64,000 bases of DNA from an uncultured Chlamydiales bacterium (GCA_963700985.1 OY969554.1:512001-576000); one strand, 5' to 3'. Shown: positions 1 to 9,663, counted from the stretch's first letter. Notes: generated by a model not told the origin, from the sequence alone. A program made the numbers and translations.

Positions 1-2
1 GC

Positions 3-1022
3 TTGGGCTGCTATAAGATGTTTCTGATCATCGCCGGCATAATCGTAGGAGGGAACCTCTTCTGCGCGCTGTTCCTAAAAAAGATATTTGTTCTTCCCTT
101 CCTCTTTTACATCTGGAAGGAGATCTACATCTTGCTCATGCTGCAGCAGCTCTGGTCGGTTATCCATGCCACGATTGATATGAAGCGGGCCAAATACCTG
201 TATGGCATTCTATTTGGAGTTGGGGGACTGGGGGGAGTAGCGGGGAGTTTGGTGCCGGGCTTTGGCGCTGTTAAATTCGGTTCGGAAAACTTGCTCTTCT
301 TTTCACTGCCGATCTACGGGGTGCTGCTTTTTAGTTACTTTCTGCTTTTAAAAAATAGTTCGTCGCGTGTGCAGACTCAACTAAGCACCCAAAATCGCGA
401 AGCCTTTCACGCATTAAAGAACATCAAGAGCTCACCATTTTTGCTCTTTATCTTACTCATTGTGGTGATGATGCAGATGGCTTCAACCATCATCGATTTT
501 CAATTTAACACCATGCTTGAGCAGAGCATTGCAGATAAGGATCTGCGCACAGAATACACGGGACGCATTTTCAGCTTGGTCAATCTAGCCTCCACATGCC
601 TGCAATTTATTGGCTCGTTTTTGTTAATTCAGTTTTTGGGGCTTAGGCTAAGCCACTTTGCGATTCCAGCACTTTTGTGTTTAAACGCCTGTGCATTTCT
701 TATCGCACCCGTCTTTAGCGTAATCTCATTCTCCTACATCACCATCAAGTCGTTTGATTTTTCGCTCTTCAATATCGTCAAAGAGATGCTCTATATTCCG
801 CTTAAAACCGACGAAAAATTCCGTGCCAAGGCCTTTATCGATGTCTTCGCTTATCGCTCCGCCAAGGCCTTTTCATCCCTACTTATTTTGCTGCTGCAAG
901 TCACTACAAGCTTTTCTCTCTTGTCCTGCTTGAGCTGGGGAGTTATTCTACTTTTTGTATTCTGGGGTCTAATGGTGATTCGGCTATTTAAAAAAGACCC
1001 CGTTCAACATATCGAAACTTGA
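3..1022 (+). CDS. Npt1/Npt2 (TLC) family nucleotide transporter-like MFS protein, 5'-truncated by window edge
   Basis: Many TM helices; KEMLYIPL...KFRAKAFIDVFAYR motif typical of the NTT/TLC family. Confidence 0.75.
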   Translation: MGCYKMFLIIAGIIVGGNLFCALFLKKIFVLPFLFYIWKEIYILLMLQQLWSVIHATIDMKRAKYLYGILFGVGGLGGVAGSLVPGFGAVKFGSENLLFFSLPIYGVLLFSYFLLLKNSSSRVQTQLSTQNREAFHALKNIKSSPFLLFILLIVVMMQMASTIIDFQFNTMLEQSIADKDLRTEYTGRIFSLVNLASTCLQFIGSFLLIQFLGLRLSHFAIPALLCLNACAFLIAPVFSVISFSYITIKSFDFSLFNIVKEMLYIPLKTDEKFRAKAFIDVFAYRSAKAFSSLLILLLQVTTSFSLLSCLSWGVILLFVFWGLMVIRLFKKDPVQHIET

Positions 1023-1031
1023 AAGAGGTCC

Positions 1032-1253
1032 ATGTCTCATAATAATCCAGCAAAACCGAAGATTAACTCAGGAACATCTATGCCGCCTCAGATGCAAGCA
1101 CAAGGCGCACGCTCGTCACCAAGTCCGCAAGGAATGGCTGCAACCCCGGATTGCCTCGAAACTTCTATCCCAGAAGCTGAGCAGGGCGAGGGTTTTTGGA
1201 AGGCCATACTTCTATTTTTTAAACGCCTTTTCAGTCAGGGCAAAAGCTCATAG
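1032..1253 (+). CDS. Small hypothetical protein, S/P/Q-rich with C-terminal amphipathic helix
   Basis: RBS AAGAGG before ATG; ends EGFWKAILLFFKRLFSQGKSS. Confidence 0.55.
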   Translation: MSHNNPAKPKINSGTSMPPQMQAQGARSSPSPQGMAATPDCLETSIPEAEQGEGFWKAILLFFKRLFSQGKSS

Positions 1254-1384
1254 CCTAAGTCATTGCTGTTAAGTTGTTTATATATTTCTTTTTCGAGGAA
1301 GTCCTATTTTATCAACAATTAATTTACGCATCTCAATTTAATGTTATTTCTGTTAAAATATTAAAATTAATACGAGGTAATAAC

Positions 1385-2407
1385 ATGTCAGGTGAAGTTC
1401 ATAATCCATTACGTGCACAGCAAACAACCACTTTAGTTCCTCCTACTATTGGATCGGATGAAACTGCTATTTCTCAACAAGGCCTTCCCGCTGTTCCTGA
1501 TCGTTTGCATGCCGTGGCAGCTCTCTCCAGTTGGGACTGTTTCACCCCGTGTTTAGAATCTGTTAAAGATTTTTTTAATTATTTATTCTCCTGCTGTTTT
1601 TCGTGCTTTCAAGAGATCGCTATTGTGCTCGGATGCATGGATCGTCCGCCCCCTCCAGCTCACCCTTCTGTAGCTCACATGTTCCAAAGATGGGTAGCTC
1701 CTTTTAGAGAAAGAGAATCTTTAGTGCGCGCATTTGATCAAGCAGTCCCAACACTCGCTTCCGAAATAGCCTTTCAAGCTGCAGTAGCAAGAGGCGATCA
1801 GAATTTCCAAGTCACACAGGCACATCTTGCAGCAGCTCAACGTCGTTGCAAAGAAAGCCAAGAACAACAAATTAAACAGATTCAAAATGAACGTTTTGGA
1901 GATGCATTTGTTAAAGATATACAACTTCGAATGCTCGCATCCCAGCTGCGCGCTGAAGCTACAAAGCTTGATAGCACGGTCATTGAACAAGATCTGTCGC
2001 TTTACTTGGATGAAGCTTTACGCATCCGCACGAATCCTGTTACAGATTTAGAAGCATCTCAACAAAAAGCAACAAAAAAATTGGCCGAAAATGTAGCTCT
2101 TAAAAAAGCCCAAGATGTTTTCGCAGAACTCCACACAGCAGATGCTACATGGGGAGTGTATAACCTTGGTTTCGAAGACAACGGCGTAACTGATAAAGCT
2201 GCAACACTTTTTTGGGCAGATTTTCAACAACTTCCAGCAGATATCAAAGAGCGCATCTTGCTAAAAGTGAAAGACGAAGACATAAGTATGATCAATGGTT
2301 TTGTCATCACTCGCAATATCACGATTGATGAGGCTGTTGAGGTATATCTCAAAGCTGCCCCGAATGAAGTGGTCTTGAAGCAGCTTGAACTCGAATCACG
2401 ACAATAA
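1385..2407 (+). CDS. Hypothetical putative effector, paralog of 2608..3288
   Basis: ATG 1385 after GAGGT RBS (track start 1274 lies in the AT-rich promoter); shares QQGL..V.DRL..SW.C...DFF..CC and FW..QQLPA...APN blocks with the next gene. Confidence 0.75.
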   Translation: MSGEVHNPLRAQQTTTLVPPTIGSDETAISQQGLPAVPDRLHAVAALSSWDCFTPCLESVKDFFNYLFSCCFSCFQEIAIVLGCMDRPPPPAHPSVAHMFQRWVAPFRERESLVRAFDQAVPTLASEIAFQAAVARGDQNFQVTQAHLAAAQRRCKESQEQQIKQIQNERFGDAFVKDIQLRMLASQLRAEATKLDSTVIEQDLSLYLDEALRIRTNPVTDLEASQQKATKKLAENVALKKAQDVFAELHTADATWGVYNLGFEDNGVTDKAATLFWADFQQLPADIKERILLKVKDEDISMINGFVITRNITIDEAVEVYLKAAPNEVVLKQLELESRQ

Positions 2408-2415
2408 TCCTTCCC

Positions 2416-2500
2416 TTTTGGAGTGCGGAGACTTGTCGATGCTCTTTTTCAAAATTCTCATACCATTCAGTTGTATTGACAAGTCGCGCACACTCCAAAA
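2416..2500. repeat. Degenerate REP/REPIN-like inverted repeat
   Basis: TTTTGGAGTGCGGAGACTTGTCGAT (2416-2440) is nearly complementary to ATTGACAAGTCGCGCACACTCCAAAA (2475-2500). Confidence 0.6.
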
Positions 2501-2607
2501 ATAATTGTGTTTATAATACTTGTTTTAATTTAAAAATCTAATTCATAGATTAATTAAAACGAGATTCAATTATAATTAATATCACTTTTATTAAATCAAG
2601 GTGATAT

Positions 2608-3288
2608 ATGACAAATCCAGTTCAAGAATCTGTAAGAATTGCACAAGTATCTCAAACTTCAGATGCGCAGATAAGCGTACATCAACAAGGTTTGGAGCAA
2701 GGCTTAGCTCAAGTGTCTGATCGTTTAAATTCAAACGTTGCGCTTACAAGCTGGTGCTGCCTCGATGCAATTCAAGATTTCTTCGAAGGCATGTTTGCAA
2801 GCTGCTGCAGTTTCTTTAGAGCGATCGGTGAAGCGCTTGGATGGATTGCTCCCTTAGTGCCGCCAGCTCCTACATTTACTGAAGAGGAGATTGCGCGCCT
2901 TGATGCATTTGTGAAGATGTGGGTCGATACTTATGCAAAACTGCCATCTATGGACGAACAGCAAAAAAATGGAACTTTCGACCCGAAAACTACAGTTTTC
3001 TTTTCCCTTTTTTGGAACGTATATGGTGATGCTGAATCTGATTCAGAAAGAAGTGATCGTTTCTGGACAGAACTCCAGCAGCTTCCTGCATGCGTTGTAA
3101 AATCACTGCAGGCTGATTTGCAGGCTGAATATGCTTACATTGCAACAAATCTTGCAAAGAACAAGGGTGGCAGCGCAGAACAGCACATGGATGAAGCTTT
3201 TAAGACTTTCGTTACTAGTGCGCCTAATCCTCGTCTATTACAGGCTGTTCAAAGGGCTCTCACTACTGCACAGTTGGCAAAGGCTTAA
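2608..3288 (+). CDS. Hypothetical putative effector, paralog of 1385..2407
   Basis: AAGGTG RBS; shared N- and C-terminal blocks with the upstream gene. Confidence 0.75.
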   Translation: MTNPVQESVRIAQVSQTSDAQISVHQQGLEQGLAQVSDRLNSNVALTSWCCLDAIQDFFEGMFASCCSFFRAIGEALGWIAPLVPPAPTFTEEEIARLDAFVKMWVDTYAKLPSMDEQQKNGTFDPKTTVFFSLFWNVYGDAESDSERSDRFWTELQQLPACVVKSLQADLQAEYAYIATNLAKNKGGSAEQHMDEAFKTFVTSAPNPRLLQAVQRALTTAQLAKA

Positions 3289-3344
3289 ACTTTTTGCCTC
3301 TGGCATTGACATCGCGCCTGTGACAAGTTAGGGTAGAAGAGAAT

Positions 3345-5021
3345 ATGGATAAGACTCCACTTTCTCTTCCTCCTGAACAGATCCTAAGCGATCCTTTTTT
3401 AAATAAAGGGAGCGCTTTCACGCAAGAAGAGCGCAACGAACTGAAGTTGCACGGCCTTCTGCCTTTTCATATCTCCACAATCGAAGAACAAGTTAAACGA
3501 CGCTATGAAAATTTCTGTGAGCGTCCTGATCCTATTTCACGTTACATCTTTTTAACTGCACTGCAAAACCGCAACGAGATTCTTTTCTATCGTCTGGCTA
3601 TAGAACATTTAAGCGAAATGCTTCCCTTGATCTACACACCCACAGTTGGGTTGGCCTCGCAGCAATATAGCTCGCTCTATCGAGAAAGCCGCGGTCTTTA
3701 CCTCTCATATCCGCTTAAAGATAAACTTCCTGAGATTCTGGCACGTCAGCCTAGGAATGAAATCGATATCGTGGTTGTCACAGATGGTCAGCGCATTTTA
3801 GGCTTAGGGGATTTGGGTGTGGGCGGGATGGCCATTCCTTTGGGTAAGCTTGCACTTTACACGCTCTTTGGAGGCATATTACCTATCCGTACGCTGCCTA
3901 TTCTGCTAGATGTGGGAACAGATAACCCAGAACTCTTAAATGATCCGCTTTACTTAGGCTGGCGCCATCCGCGCATTACAGGCAAAGAGTATGATGAATT
4001 CATCGATACCTTTGTGCATGCGCTTAAAAAGCGTTATCCACGCGTTCTTTTGCAGTGGGAGGATTTTGGTCGTCAGCATGCGCAGCCACTCTTAGAGCGC
4101 TATCGCGATGCACTTTGTTCTTTTAACGATGATATCCAAGGCACAGCAGCCACGGTTTTATCTGCGATTTTAACCGCAGTGCACGCAAGTGGCGGATCAT
4201 TGAAAGGCCAGAAAATCGCTATGTTGGGTGCGGGTTCCGCGGGGCTCGGCATCTGCCGTAAGCTTGTGCAGGCGATGCAAGCTGAAGGAATGAGTGAAGA
4301 AGAGGCACTGCAAAATTTCTTCCTGGTTGATATCCATGGGCTGATCCATACAAAATTAACGGATGCAACAGAATCTCAAAAGAAATTCGCGCAGAATTTT
4401 GAGACGATTGCTAAGTGGAAGGTGAAAGATCCAACTAACATTACGCTACTTGAGGTGGTGCAAAACGCGCAGCCTTCGGTTTTGATTGGAGTTTCTGCAC
4501 AACCTGGCACATTTACTGAAGAGATCGTCAAAACAATGGCTGCTCATCAGAAACAGCCCATTATTCTGCCGCTTTCAAATCCGACATCAAAATGTGAAGC
4601 TGAGCCTAAAAATCTTATTCAGTGGACCGAGGGGAGAGCGATTATCGCCACCGGCAGTCCATTTGATCCTGTTTCTTTCAATGGAAAAACGATTCCGATT
4701 GCACAATGCAATAACGTCTATATCTTCCCAGGTGTGGGCCTGGGCGTGATTGTTTCGCAGGCGAAAAAAGTTACTGATAAGATGTTTTTACGCGCGGCTC
4801 AAGTTTTAAGCGATCATGCGCCACTTCTCAAACAAACTGACGGCGCGCTTTTTCCGCATTTTGATACCTTGCGCGCAGTTTCACGCGAGATCGCACGCAA
4901 CGTGGCTCTGATGGCCCAAGAAGAGGGAGTCGCAGAGCGCCTTTCCACAGACGAACTAAATGCACGCCTAGATCGCACCATGTGGTATCCCAACTATCCC
5001 ACCTACTGCTCTGGCTTTTAA
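3345..5021 (+). CDS. maeA: NAD-dependent malic enzyme
   Basis: NKGSAFT, YTPTVG, TDGQRILGLGDLG, QWEDF, FNDDIQGT, GAGSAG, LSNPT motifs. Confidence 0.95.
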   Translation: MDKTPLSLPPEQILSDPFLNKGSAFTQEERNELKLHGLLPFHISTIEEQVKRRYENFCERPDPISRYIFLTALQNRNEILFYRLAIEHLSEMLPLIYTPTVGLASQQYSSLYRESRGLYLSYPLKDKLPEILARQPRNEIDIVVVTDGQRILGLGDLGVGGMAIPLGKLALYTLFGGILPIRTLPILLDVGTDNPELLNDPLYLGWRHPRITGKEYDEFIDTFVHALKKRYPRVLLQWEDFGRQHAQPLLERYRDALCSFNDDIQGTAATVLSAILTAVHASGGSLKGQKIAMLGAGSAGLGICRKLVQAMQAEGMSEEEALQNFFLVDIHGLIHTKLTDATESQKKFAQNFETIAKWKVKDPTNITLLEVVQNAQPSVLIGVSAQPGTFTEEIVKTMAAHQKQPIILPLSNPTSKCEAEPKNLIQWTEGRAIIATGSPFDPVSFNGKTIPIAQCNNVYIFPGVGLGVIVSQAKKVTDKMFLRAAQVLSDHAPLLKQTDGALFPHFDTLRAVSREIARNVALMAQEEGVAERLSTDELNARLDRTMWYPNYPTYCSGF

Positions 5022-5033
5022 ACTCTAGAAGAA

Positions 5034-5095
5034 AACAGGATAAACAGGATCAGGTAGGATATGAAGGATGGAAGAAATATCCTGCATATCCTGTA
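5034..5095. repeat. Degenerate palindromic element of about 9-nt-spaced AGGAT / ATCCTG units
   Basis: AGGAT at 5037, 5046, 5056, 5065 and inverted ATCCTG at 5079, 5088, between convergent maeA and tpx. Confidence 0.55.
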
Positions 5096-5124
5096 AATGA
5101 TTTACCAAAAGAGCTCGATTTCAC

Positions 5125-5631
5125 TTAAGTTTTGGTGAGGGCTTCGAGGGCTTTATCGTAATTGGGCTCTTGAGTGATTTCAGGAACCAGTTCTCGATAA
5201 ATTACACGATCATTTTCATCTAGCACAACCACAGCTCTTGCGCAAATGCCTGCCAGGGGGCCTTCTTCAATCAGCACACCGTAATTTTTCGCAAAATCTT
5301 TTGAGCGCATCATTGAAAGAGTCAGAACATTTTCTACTTTCTCTGACTGACAGAACCGTTTTTGCGCAAAGGGGAGATCGGCCGAAATTACCAAGATCAC
5401 AACTCCGGGCTGTTTTTTGGCAGCTTCATTGAACTTCTTAGCTGAAAGAGAGCAAACTGCTGTATCAAGGCTTGGCACAATTGAGAGGAGTTTACGTTTG
5501 TCTTTGAATTCACTTAGGCTGTGGTCTTTTAAATCCGCATCGACAAGTAAAAAATTTGCTGCAACGGCATTAAGCGCAGGAAGATCACCTGAAATGCGTA
5601 TCGGATTTCCTTTAAGAGCGACAGTAACCAT
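5125..5631 (-). CDS. tpx: Thiol peroxidase (atypical 2-Cys peroxiredoxin)
   Basis: PSLDTAVC, SADLPFAQKRFC, EITQEPNY; ATG 5631 after AAGGAG. Confidence 0.95.
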   Translation of the reverse strand: MVTVALKGNPIRISGDLPALNAVAANFLLVDADLKDHSLSEFKDKRKLLSIVPSLDTAVCSLSAKKFNEAAKKQPGVVILVISADLPFAQKRFCQSEKVENVLTLSMMRSKDFAKNYGVLIEEGPLAGICARAVVVLDENDRVIYRELVPEITQEPNYDKALEALTKT

Positions 5632-5774
5632 GAGTTTTTTCTCCTTAAGAATTTGTGTTTTACACAAAGAGTAGTCAAATCGAATCTTTCTCTCAAGGAC
5701 GCTTTAAAAAAAATTGCATGAATTTAAAGATTAGGTTAAAATCTTGTTAAATTTTTTTATGGTGTCCATTCGCG

Positions 5775-6341
5775 ATGAGCAATCAAAACTCTTTAAAACA
5801 TGAGGCCAAAAAAGTAAGCGGTCTCGTTTCTGAGGAGCGTCAACCTTTCTACAAAGAAGATAGCGGATCGCATCACTATAAATTTGTTCGTCTGCCCAAA
5901 GTGATGCCAGCTAAAGCAAAAGCCCTTGGCTCAAAGCGTGAACTTCCTGCGATGTGTATCATGCATATCGACGAGCAAGAAAAAAAGGGCAAAACTGAAG
6001 GTTGGGGATTAGCAGCCCTGCATGCCCACCAATGTTGCGCTAGTCAAAAACATCCCGCTTTTGTCCATCTCGAACAACTATTGAAGCGCAATAACTCGTT
6101 AAATAGCCAGCGCGTCACTGAGTGGAAATTCAAAGAATATCTAGTGGTTGCCAAGAAACTTAAATCTTTTATCAAAGATCAGCTTGAGAGACCAAACACA
6201 GAACGCAAAAAACGCATCATCGCCTTAATCAACGATAGTCTGCCAGCCCCAGCAAAAGATGAGCAGCAAGAAGCATGGGATGAGTATTTCCAAACTAAAT
6301 CCGGCGCTCAGCTTTTTGAGATGCCAGGCACCTTCAAATAG
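5775..6341 (+). CDS. Hypothetical protein
   Basis: 188-aa ORF with own promoter region; no recognised motif. Confidence 0.6.
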   Translation: MSNQNSLKHEAKKVSGLVSEERQPFYKEDSGSHHYKFVRLPKVMPAKAKALGSKRELPAMCIMHIDEQEKKGKTEGWGLAALHAHQCCASQKHPAFVHLEQLLKRNNSLNSQRVTEWKFKEYLVVAKKLKSFIKDQLERPNTERKKRIIALINDSLPAPAKDEQQEAWDEYFQTKSGAQLFEMPGTFK

Positions 6342-7066
6342 CCATATCCGATGTAACCCATTTTAAGTGAAGAGCTGAACTGAAAGCGAAAATCAGCTGG
6401 AACTTTTCGCGTGCACAACATTTTCAAAAGCGACAAGGAGTTTAGCTTAGGATTAAGCCCACGCATTTCAATACTTTCAATGCCCGCAAGCTCACACATA
6501 TTTGCAAGTTCTTCGGGTTTGATAAAGAGATCATAGACATGCATGTGTTTTGGCGTGTTGCGCACAGCCCACTCCACGCCTTTAATCACCAAGAGCCAGC
6601 TTAGAAAATTGCGATTGAAGGTGTGAAAGAAAAAAAGCCCACCCGGTTTTAACACGCGCGCAGCTTCGCGAATAACTGTCTGTGGATGGTGGACGTGTTC
6701 TAAAAGATCTAAGGCCGTGACTACATCGAAACTCGCATCATCAAAAGGCAGAGCTTCTGCATTAGCTTGGATGTATTTAACGCTTTTAGTTAGATCTTGC
6801 ATGCGCGCCACTTTCAAACTATCAGGCGAAAGATCCACGCCAGTTACTTGATGTTTTCTTTCGGCTAATCGATTGGTTAGCATACCAGCGCCACAGCCAA
6901 TATCTAGCACTTTACAATGCTCTGGACACTTAGCCGAGATCACATCGATAATCCACGGCGTACGCACGGCATTTTCAGCTCGCAAAAGCGCCACCGGATG
7001 ATCGCTGGCCGTATACCAGCGTGCGCCCAATGTGTCGTAAAAATCGTTGTTTATTCCGGTTTCCAT
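6308..7066 (-). CDS. ubiG: UbiG-like class I SAM-dependent O-methyltransferase
   Basis: VLDIGCGAGML, GVDLS, FDVVTALDLLEHV, LKPGG, TFNRN, FIKPEEL; overlaps the upstream gene. Confidence 0.8.
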   Translation of the reverse strand: METGINNDFYDTLGARWYTASDHPVALLRAENAVRTPWIIDVISAKCPEHCKVLDIGCGAGMLTNRLAERKHQVTGVDLSPDSLKVARMQDLTKSVKYIQANAEALPFDDASFDVVTALDLLEHVHHPQTVIREAARVLKPGGLFFFHTFNRNFLSWLLVIKGVEWAVRNTPKHMHVYDLFIKPEELANMCELAGIESIEMRGLNPKLNSLSLLKMLCTRKVPADFRFQFSSSLKMGYIGYGYLKVPGISKS

Positions 7067-7545
7067 ATGAAGTTCCAATAGATGGCTTGATAGAGCATAA
7101 AGAGCGCTGCAATGGTTGCTTGCACACTAAGAAAGTAGATAAAGATTTGCGGAGAGGAAAGATGCGCAAGTAGCCATGTGGGGCCTGATTCACTACTCAT
7201 TGCTGCCCACATGAGTCCAGCTGAGGCGAGCATCACAGGATGGTTGATGAATAAAAGAGCATGCAGCCAGTGTTCACCCACAGGACAATGGTGTTTATGC
7301 ACAAACTCATCTTTCGTTACCATCAGACAAGAGAGGATCGCCAGAGCTACGTAGTATTTGATCATGGGCATTGAAAAGGGCACGCAGAGCACGAAAAAGA
7401 GACAGGCTACCACAGTTAAAGTATCTAGCGGATGGCCGATGCGTTCCCAGCGAGGAAGACCACGTTTGATGTGATAGTAAACCTCATCTACACCAATCGC
7501 GATTGCTTGGATGAAAAAGGGAATAAAAAAAGCGTAATCAAGCAT
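7051..7545 (-). CDS. Integral membrane protein with duplicated DE..H / E..H motifs
   Basis: About 5 TM segments; DEVYYH..ERIGH and DEFVH..EHWLH; ATG 7545 overlaps the PKS stop. Confidence 0.75.
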   Translation of the reverse strand: MLDYAFFIPFFIQAIAIGVDEVYYHIKRGLPRWERIGHPLDTLTVVACLFFVLCVPFSMPMIKYYVALAILSCLMVTKDEFVHKHHCPVGEHWLHALLFINHPVMLASAGLMWAAMSSESGPTWLLAHLSSPQIFIYFLSVQATIAALFMLYQAIYWNFIWKPE

Positions 7546-8665
7546 GTTTTTCAAAGAGTGCCCCACAAGCAGTAAGTCCCGGACCAAAAGCTAAGCTGAT
7601 GATGCCAGTTTTGGGTTTTATATTTTTATCACGCGCCATTTTTTCCCAAACATGGGGCAAAGTCGCAGAAGACATATTGCCATAGTTATAAAGCACCTCT
7701 TGGCTATGGCGAACCTGCGCATCTGAAAGATTGAGCATTTTCTTAATCTGATCGATGATTTTTGGACCACCAGGGTGGATCGCAAAGAGAAGATCTCCGT
7801 CAGCTTTTTCTTCCCATTGGGCTTTCTGTTTCAAACGTTGGATGAAAGAGGGGAGTGCACGGCTAATTAAAACGGGCACCTCTTTAGCGATCGACATGCG
7901 CATGCCCCAATCTTCAGAGCGCCAGCTCATGTGTTTAGCTGTGTCTGGCAAAATTTCTTCATGCAGAGCGCAGATTTTAAAAACTCCAGGTTCTTGCGAT
8001 GCGCTATACTTGATAAAGCCATCTGCAAAAAGACTTTGCACAACCAGTTGTTCTGTTTCATGCAGCAGAGGGTTCATGTGCAAAGTACATAGCTCTGTGT
8101 GAACTAGATCAACTCTTTCTTCAGGAGCATTGGAAGAGTTTAAAAAACCACTGGCCATACGCATGGCAGGGATAGAGGCGTAGCAGCCCATGTGATACGC
8201 ATGCGTGACTTGCGTTTTACTTCCTAAGCTTCGTTTAGAAACCAGATGTTGCGCGCCACTTGGCGAAACATAACCCGTGCAAGTTACATGGATGAGATTA
8301 GATGGTAGAAGAGAGCTTTCAGGATAAAATTCTTCGAATAACTGATTGACAGACGCTTCAAAAAAGCGCGTACGCGTTTTAAGTCCGCAGCCTTCTGCAA
8401 ACTCTGATTGATCGTAAATTTCCGCAGGGGCATTTGGAAAGAAAACTTCGCGAATATGCGAGCCGCGTCTCTGAATTTTTCCGTTTCCGACACCCACTTT
8501 TATCAGGCGCTGACGCACGTCTTGATGGAATTGGAAGTCTAAAGATTTACCTGTTTTTTTGGCCTCTGCCTTCGCATGCATCGATGCAATCCATTCTAGA
8601 ATCTCTAGCTGGCTGGCTTCATAAGTCGGTCGAATCACATGAAAATCAGAAAGATAGATAGGCAT
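7538..8665 (-). CDS. Type III polyketide synthase (chalcone/stilbene synthase family)
   Basis: Catalytic Cys (HMGCYAS), His (IHPGG) and Asn (GNMSS); ELCTLH, LFADG, AFGPGLT. Confidence 0.92.
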   Translation of the reverse strand: MPIYLSDFHVIRPTYEASQLEILEWIASMHAKAEAKKTGKSLDFQFHQDVRQRLIKVGVGNGKIQRRGSHIREVFFPNAPAEIYDQSEFAEGCGLKTRTRFFEASVNQLFEEFYPESSLLPSNLIHVTCTGYVSPSGAQHLVSKRSLGSKTQVTHAYHMGCYASIPAMRMASGFLNSSNAPEERVDLVHTELCTLHMNPLLHETEQLVVQSLFADGFIKYSASQEPGVFKICALHEEILPDTAKHMSWRSEDWGMRMSIAKEVPVLISRALPSFIQRLKQKAQWEEKADGDLLFAIHPGGPKIIDQIKKMLNLSDAQVRHSQEVLYNYGNMSSATLPHVWEKMARDKNIKPKTGIISLAFGPGLTACGALFEKHA

Positions 8666-8751
8666 AAGTGTGCGAATGTATCAGACACCGCTTTCTGCCT
8701 ACAAATAAAAAAGAAGCCGAGCCCAAGCACGCGGTACAAATCGGATTTAAA

Positions 8752-9528
8752 TTAAGGAGCTATCCCTGCTGCAACATTGAATTTCAAGACCCAAGTGTTA
8801 ATTTCCGGATCTGCGTGTTGTTTTGCCCAGTTTTTTATCGCTCTAAACTCTCTAGGACTTACCTCATCCTGTTTTAATAATCCTTCAATCACAAAAAGCT
8901 CATTGCTGAGTTCCTGCTTATTTGTTTCATACAATCCATCAAGCTCTGAAATACTTGGCAGAAACTGATTGTAACTTTTTGTTTTTGTCGGAGAAACCGT
9001 GATGCGTTCTAGACTTCTTTTAGAAGGTAACTGCGCTGAAAAATCATCCAACGTAGGTTGTGTTTTAGAGGCACATCCCTCGCGTTCCTCCGCAATTTCC
9101 CATGGTCGTTTAAGATGATGAACCGGAGACAATTTACGCTCGAAAGGAACAGGAGCTTCTTCTATATTTTGGGGAATATCTCCTAAAATATGCTCTCTAG
9201 AAATCTCTGCAGATGGTAACTGAGAACCGCTTAATACTGACTTAGCTGAGCGTATTGCCAAAGCTGCGCCTGCATTCACAGCCCTTATTGTTAGTGTAGC
9301 GGTCACTGATATTGCAAAAACCCCCACCGCTTGCCTTACTTTATTACCTCGAAGGATAAATATACCCATGGCTCCCGCATAGGGAATACACACAGGTACT
9401 ACGTGCTTTGCCAGGCTGCCCATCACATTTTCAGCCTTATCAACCATAAGTGTTTCGAATTTCCCACAGTGACTGTCGATTGTCGTGAAAACTGTTTTGA
9501 GTTTACCTGTTATTGCTGCCGCTGCCAT
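8752..9528 (-). CDS. Hypothetical protein with two adjacent N-terminal hydrophobic segments
   Basis: GAGG RBS; hydrophobic stretch at about residues 43-90. Confidence 0.65.
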   Translation of the reverse strand: MAAAAITGKLKTVFTTIDSHCGKFETLMVDKAENVMGSLAKHVVPVCIPYAGAMGIFILRGNKVRQAVGVFAISVTATLTIRAVNAGAALAIRSAKSVLSGSQLPSAEISREHILGDIPQNIEEAPVPFERKLSPVHHLKRPWEIAEEREGCASKTQPTLDDFSAQLPSKRSLERITVSPTKTKSYNQFLPSISELDGLYETNKQELSNELFVIEGLLKQDEVSPREFRAIKNWAKQHADPEINTWVLKFNVAAGIAP

Positions 9529-9601
9529 GATTTCCTCGCTAGATTTGATCTTGAATAAGAAAGCGCAAGAAAGATAGCAGACAGGTTTTCTATCCTCAAA
9601 T

Positions 9602-9635
9602 AAAAAAAGCTTCTTCCAGTGAAGGAAGAAGCTTT
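9602..9635 (-). terminator. Rho-independent terminator
   Basis: AAAGCTTCTTCC-AGTGAA-GGAAGAAGCTTT stem with an A-run on + (U-tract on -), downstream of 9664..10293. Confidence 0.8.
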
Positions 9636-9663
9636 AATGCTTTAAAAAGTGAAGAGGAGAAAT

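Noticed and set aside
1274-1384. N-terminal extensions given by the ORF track (also at tpx, 36405..37145, 39657..39866 and 39976)
   Set aside because: They run through promoter DNA or the neighbouring gene; downstream starts have clear RBSs.
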